Shown: positions 8,235-8,266 of the stretch, piece after piece
Layout: each line of letters starts with the position of its first letter
Numbering within the stretch: the stretch's first letter is position 1
Assembly (NCBI GenBank): GCA_000388065.2
Contig: KB932212.1
Length of the DNA: 8,266 nucleotides
DNA from: Fonticula alba ATCC 38817
Lineage: Eukaryota; Protista; Nucleariida
Reading direction: 5' to 3' (one strand)
Program-made: the position numbers and the translations under genes
The notes under the pieces: generated by a model
What the model was told of the DNA's origin: nothing
The model's input: the letters and a program-made list of their open reading frames with translations, nothing else
Database searches by the model: none

Positions 8235-8266
8235 TGGTAATGGTGGCGGTGTGTGTGCGGGGGGGG

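Noticed and set aside
1-8266. Transposon, viral, tRNA or rRNA signatures
   Set aside because: No terminal inverted repeats, LTRs, RT/transposase/integrase motifs or tRNA A/B boxes seen by eye; Infernal and tRNAscan were not run.
1-8266. Species assignment (style reminiscent of GC-rich protists such as Paratrimastix)
   Set aside because: An impression from composition and intron style only; it needs BLAST of RFC1 and is not claimed.

Overview
GC-rich eukaryotic genomic DNA with spliceosomal introns, probably from a protist or other unicellular eukaryote; this is not a prokaryotic window. It holds two convergent multi-exon genes. (1) On +, replication factor C large subunit RFC1 (2056-5151) with BRCT, AAA+ clamp-loader ATPase and RFC1 C-terminal domains. 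It is interrupted by a 78-N assembly gap that probably hides an exon. (2) On -, an unrecognised ~620-aa protein that I rebuilt by hand from 9 exons (8234 to 5375). The stop codons are 223 bp apart. Bases 1-2055 have no supportable CDS but contain simple repeats and a motif cluster at ~1690-1780 that looks like a promoter. The clearest sequence-level patterns are a GTRCGY donor in all 13 inferred introns, a C-rich sense-strand bias that flips between the two genes, and an acceptor sitting directly on a (CA)16 repeat. I found no mobile element, CRISPR array, RNA gene or clearly novel multi-gene system. Most long ORFs in the track are GC-rich shadow frames or intron read-through.
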